Assembly: GCA_963666315.2 (NCBI GenBank)
Contig: CAXXHG010000024.1
Coordinates: 1 to 64,000, forward strand
From: Candidatus Binatia bacterium
Lineage (GTDB): Bacteria; Desulfobacterota; Binatia; Bin18
Length of the DNA: 64,000 nt
Direction: 5' to 3'
The position numbers and the translations under genes are program-made. This document shows, in pieces, positions 60,671 to 64,000 of this stretch (position 1 is the first letter of the stretch; each line of letters begins with the position of its first letter). The notes beneath the pieces were generated by a model, which saw nothing but the letters and a program-made list of their open reading frames with translations, did not search any database and had not been told where the DNA came from.

Positions 60671-61693
60671 ATGCCTATGCGCGTGTTAGTTACCGGTGCG
60701 TCGGGGTTTGTTGGCGGCGCTGTGGCACGCGCATTGGTGCAAGCCGGCTTCGAGGTCCGGGTGCTGATACGACACGGTGCCGACGGCCATTTGTTGCAGG
60801 ATCTGCCGGTCGAGGTGGCTAGGGGCGATATCCGTGACTACGCATCCGTACTCCAGGCTAGCCGAGGTTGTAGCCAAGTCTATCATGTCGCAGCGCTGTA
60901 CAGATTATGGGTGCGCCGCAAGCAAGACATGTACACAAGCAATGTGACCGGCACAGAAAATATACTCCAGGCCGCACGCGAAGCTGAGGTTGAGAAAATC
61001 GTATACACCAGTTCGGTGGCAACTCTGGGGTTGCCTCGCGACGGGACCCTCGGCTCAGAAGTCACACCAGTTTCTCTTGCCGACATGGTGGGCCATTATA
61101 AACGGAGTAAATTTTTGGCTGAACAAGTCGTCCTTCGCTACGCAGGCCAAGGGCTGCCGGTAGTGATTGTCAATCCGAGTACGCCGGTCGGCGTGGGTGA
61201 TCTGAAGCCGACGCCAACCGGAAAACTCATCGTTGACTTTCTGAATGGCAATATGCCCGGCTATGTGGATACCGGACTCAATCTGATTGATGTTGAGGAT
61301 GTTGCCCAAGGGCACATCCTTGCGGCACAGCGAGGAGAAACTGGAGAGAAATACATCCTTGGGCATGAAAACCTGACCCTACAACAGATCCTGATGCTCT
61401 TATCCGAGTTGACGGGCCGTCCGGCTCCGCGTTTCAAAGTTCCTTATGCCCTGGCCTTAGCGGTTGCCTACGGGGACGCCGCTCTGGCGCGCTTGATTCC
61501 CGGTCGCGAGCCGTTTGCTCCCCCAGTGGGTGTCAAACTGAGCAAGAAAAAAATGTTCTTTAGTCCGGACAAAGCCGTTCGCGAGTTAGGATTGCCGCAA
61601 ACTCCAGTGCGTACGGCGTTGGGCAAGGCAACTGCCTGGTTCCAGGAGTACGGCTACGTCAAAAGGGCGAAAGGGGTAGGGGATGAGGGCTGA
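60671..61693 (+). CDS. hpnA: Hopanoid-associated sugar epimerase/dihydroflavonol reductase-like
   Basis: VTGASGFVG, HVAALYRLW, YKRSK, VNPSTPVG.GD.KPTPTG. Confidence 0.9.
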   Translation: MPMRVLVTGASGFVGGAVARALVQAGFEVRVLIRHGADGHLLQDLPVEVARGDIRDYASVLQASRGCSQVYHVAALYRLWVRRKQDMYTSNVTGTENILQAAREAEVEKIVYTSSVATLGLPRDGTLGSEVTPVSLADMVGHYKRSKFLAEQVVLRYAGQGLPVVIVNPSTPVGVGDLKPTPTGKLIVDFLNGNMPGYVDTGLNLIDVEDVAQGHILAAQRGETGEKYILGHENLTLQQILMLLSELTGRPAPRFKVPYALALAVAYGDAALARLIPGREPFAPPVGVKLSKKKMFFSPDKAVRELGLPQTPVRTALGKATAWFQEYGYVKRAKGVGDEG

Positions 61694-61726
61694 GTCACGG
61701 CTACATCAGAAGCATACGAGGGACCA

Positions 61727-62953
61727 TTGATCTTTTTAGCTCTTCTTGGCGGAATCTCCATTCTCGTTTGGCTTGGTATTTTTTTTCATCCGGCCCGCCC
61801 ATGGGATTTTCAACTTGTTGAAGAAGACCTCCCTGCCGCGCCCTCTCCCGCTTCTCCTGCCTCTCTTGAAAGATGGCCGACTGTTTGCGCGCTCATTCCT
61901 GCCCGAAATGAAGCGCTCTCGTTGCCGGCTACTCTGCCGGCTTTGCTGCAACAAGAATATCCAGGCGCTTTTTCCGTCATCGTGATTGATGACCGTTCCG
62001 CCGATGAGACTGCTGCTGTGGCGCGCAGGCTTGCAGAACGAACCGGTGCGACTGACCGATTGACCGTAGTGGCCGGCACTGCGCTTCCTGCCGGCTGGGT
62101 GGGGAAAATGTGGGCTCTTGAACAAGGTGCTCGCAGGTGCGGTTTGGAGGACCCTACCGATTCTTCACGTCCCGATTATCTCTTATTGACTGATGCCGAC
62201 ATTTGGCACGCCCCTGACTCAGTCCAACGTTTGGTCGTGGAAAGTGAGGCCTCTCAGCTTGGACTCAACAGCCGTATGGCCCATCTGCGGTGTGTTTCTC
62301 GTCCGGAGCACTTCCTTATTCCCCCGTTTGTGTTCTTTTTTAACTTGCTCTATCCCCTGCGTTGGGTGAACGATCCTCACAAGACTGTTGCCGCGGCTGC
62401 AGGCGGGTGTGTCCTGCTGTCTGCAGCCGCCCTTGTTCGCAGCGGTGGTTTTCAGGCATTACGCGCGCACCTTATTGACGATGTGAATCTCGGACGGCGT
62501 GTCAAGCAGGCCGGCTTCGCTATCCGGCTCTCACTGAGCCATTCTGTTGTGAAGAGTGTGCGTGCGTATGAGACCGCGCGCGCTATCTGGAGTATGGTCC
62601 GTCGAACGGCATTTACCGAACTCAACTACTCCTGGCTGCGGCTTGCCGGAACCCTGTTCGGCATGGGGATCACCTTTGCCGTGCCTCCGCTGTGGTTCAT
62701 CAGCGGTGCCGTTACCTGCCTGGGGATATGGATAGCCGGGGCGGGTGTCTCGTACCAGCCGGCTCTTGTGCTGATGGCAGAAGGCGCTTTTGCCTGGGCG
62801 CTTATGGCTCGTATCTATCTCCCCGCGGTTCGTTTTTTTGGCCTGCCTCTACCCTGGGCATGGACCCTACCGTTCGCGGCTGTTTTGTACGAAGCGATGA
62901 CGCTTGATTCCGCGTGGCGCTACGCAACCAAGAAGCAAATCGACTGGCGCTAG
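61727..62953 (+). CDS. hpnB: Hopene-associated GT2 glycosyltransferase
   Basis: IPARNEA, DDRS.D.T, LPAGW.GKMWAL, TDAD, AAAGGC, LIDD, MV.RTAF. Confidence 0.9.
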   Translation: MIFLALLGGISILVWLGIFFHPARPWDFQLVEEDLPAAPSPASPASLERWPTVCALIPARNEALSLPATLPALLQQEYPGAFSVIVIDDRSADETAAVARRLAERTGATDRLTVVAGTALPAGWVGKMWALEQGARRCGLEDPTDSSRPDYLLLTDADIWHAPDSVQRLVVESEASQLGLNSRMAHLRCVSRPEHFLIPPFVFFFNLLYPLRWVNDPHKTVAAAAGGCVLLSAAALVRSGGFQALRAHLIDDVNLGRRVKQAGFAIRLSLSHSVVKSVRAYETARAIWSMVRRTAFTELNYSWLRLAGTLFGMGITFAVPPLWFISGAVTCLGIWIAGAGVSYQPALVLMAEGAFAWALMARIYLPAVRFFGLPLPWAWTLPFAAVLYEAMTLDSAWRYATKKQIDWR

Positions 62954-62963
62954 AGATGGGATC

Positions 62964-63725
62964 ATGAGACCGCCTATCGGCGTCTTTACTGCGCTTGCCT
63001 GGGAGAGTGCGGCCGTCCGCTCTGTCCTGCGTCAGGTGCGGCGTGAAGGGGCAGAGGTGTGGAAAGGATCAACCGGTCGGTCCGACGTTATCATTGTCAC
63101 TGGTGGGATCGGTCCGCGCCGAACCCGGCAGACCGTTGAGCAATTTGTAGCAACTCCTCTGACAGCTGTGTTCTCTGTCGGTTGTGCCGGGGCGCTTATC
63201 CCTGGTCCAACCACCGGCCAGCTTATTCTTGCGCCGACTGTGCGGATGTATGCTGCGGAGCAAGAAGAGCGCCTCGACACGTTCCCGGTGCATCCCGACC
63301 TCCTTGATGCCGCTCGAACTGCAGCGACTCACGCCGGCGTGGGAACGGCTGAGGGGGCAATTTTTACTAGTCGGCGGGTGCTATTGAGCCCTGAAGAGAA
63401 ACACAAGCGCGGACGTGAGACGGACTGTATTGCGGTTGAGATGGAGAGTGGGGTATATGCCGAATTTGCTGCCAAACGGAAGCTTCCTTTTTTAGTCCTC
63501 CGAGTCATCCTCGATGCTGTTGATATGACGATTCCGCCTTTGAAAGGTGTCACAATGCCAGATGGAAAGATCCATCTGACACGAGCGCTTACCCACGTGC
63601 TGACCCACCCGCAGCACCTGCCTGGCTTGCTCCGGCTCAAGCGCTGTCGCGCCGGAGCAGCCGAAGCCATCGCGCGTATATGTCGGGCGTTGTTTCCGTT
63701 GCTTAATGATCGAGATTTTACCTAA
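62964..63725 (+). CDS. hpnG: Nucleoside phosphorylase family (hopanoid-associated HpnG-like)
   Basis: GIG, SVGCAGAL, AVEMES, LRVILD; follows hpnA-hpnB. Confidence 0.7.
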   Translation: MRPPIGVFTALAWESAAVRSVLRQVRREGAEVWKGSTGRSDVIIVTGGIGPRRTRQTVEQFVATPLTAVFSVGCAGALIPGPTTGQLILAPTVRMYAAEQEERLDTFPVHPDLLDAARTAATHAGVGTAEGAIFTSRRVLLSPEEKHKRGRETDCIAVEMESGVYAEFAAKRKLPFLVLRVILDAVDMTIPPLKGVTMPDGKIHLTRALTHVLTHPQHLPGLLRLKRCRAGAAEAIARICRALFPLLNDRDFT

Positions 63726-63832
63726 TAGGAGAGTGTAAGGGTGTATTTGATCCACACCAGGATGGCCCTCGAAGAGGGATATTTTAAGAGTCCGGACGGC
63801 TCGCCGATGTTTCTTCTGAGGCACGACACAAT

Positions 63833-63859
63833 CCGCGCCAAAAGGAAAAATTGGCGCGG
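63833..63859. terminator. Stem-loop, possible terminator
   Basis: ccgcgccaa-aaggaaaaa-ttggcgcgg. Confidence 0.4.
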
Positions 63860-64000
63860 TTGTCCTGCTCTGACTCTGCTTCTACTCACACTGACAACGG
63901 AACCCTGACCGACATGTGTCGTGCCTTGGTGTGCCGACTGCGGCTGCCGCCCGCTCGTCGCGTCTTTCCCCGATAGGGTCCCTATTACTTTTTGGTCACG

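Overview
A bacterial chromosomal window of moderately high GC. Gene content (many luciferase-like/F420-type monooxygenases, crotonases, class III CoA-transferases, hopanoid hpnA/B/G, deltaproteobacterial-style mreBCD-mrdA-rodA) suggests a Binatota/Desulfobacterota-like organism; this is inference only. The main feature is a strongly divergent copper membrane monooxygenase (pMMO/AMO superfamily) locus at about 33.8-44.0 kb: esterase, pmoD-like, pmoC-like, pmoA-like, a small unknown ORF, pmoB-like, a second pmoD-like, a two-domain multicopper oxidase, a cupredoxin and a PQQ alcohol dehydrogenase with a lanthanide-type DxD motif. It lies just beyond a tRNA-Leu(TAA) flanked by two convergent, apparently dead tyrosine integrases. 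Other points: a six-gene vWA/FHA/pseudokinase-PP2C/Ser-Thr kinase signalling operon (16.2-25.0 kb); two UGA-selenocysteine genes absent from the ORF track (SelW/Rdx at 4266-4502, BCP peroxiredoxin at 52194-52637, both with SECIS-like hairpins); a cytochrome c with a contracted CXCH motif; a decayed toxin-antitoxin module between duplicated isochorismatase fragments; and REP-like palindromes. Several frameshifts, densest in the first 4 kb, may be sequencing errors. All family calls come from motif recognition by eye, not database searches.
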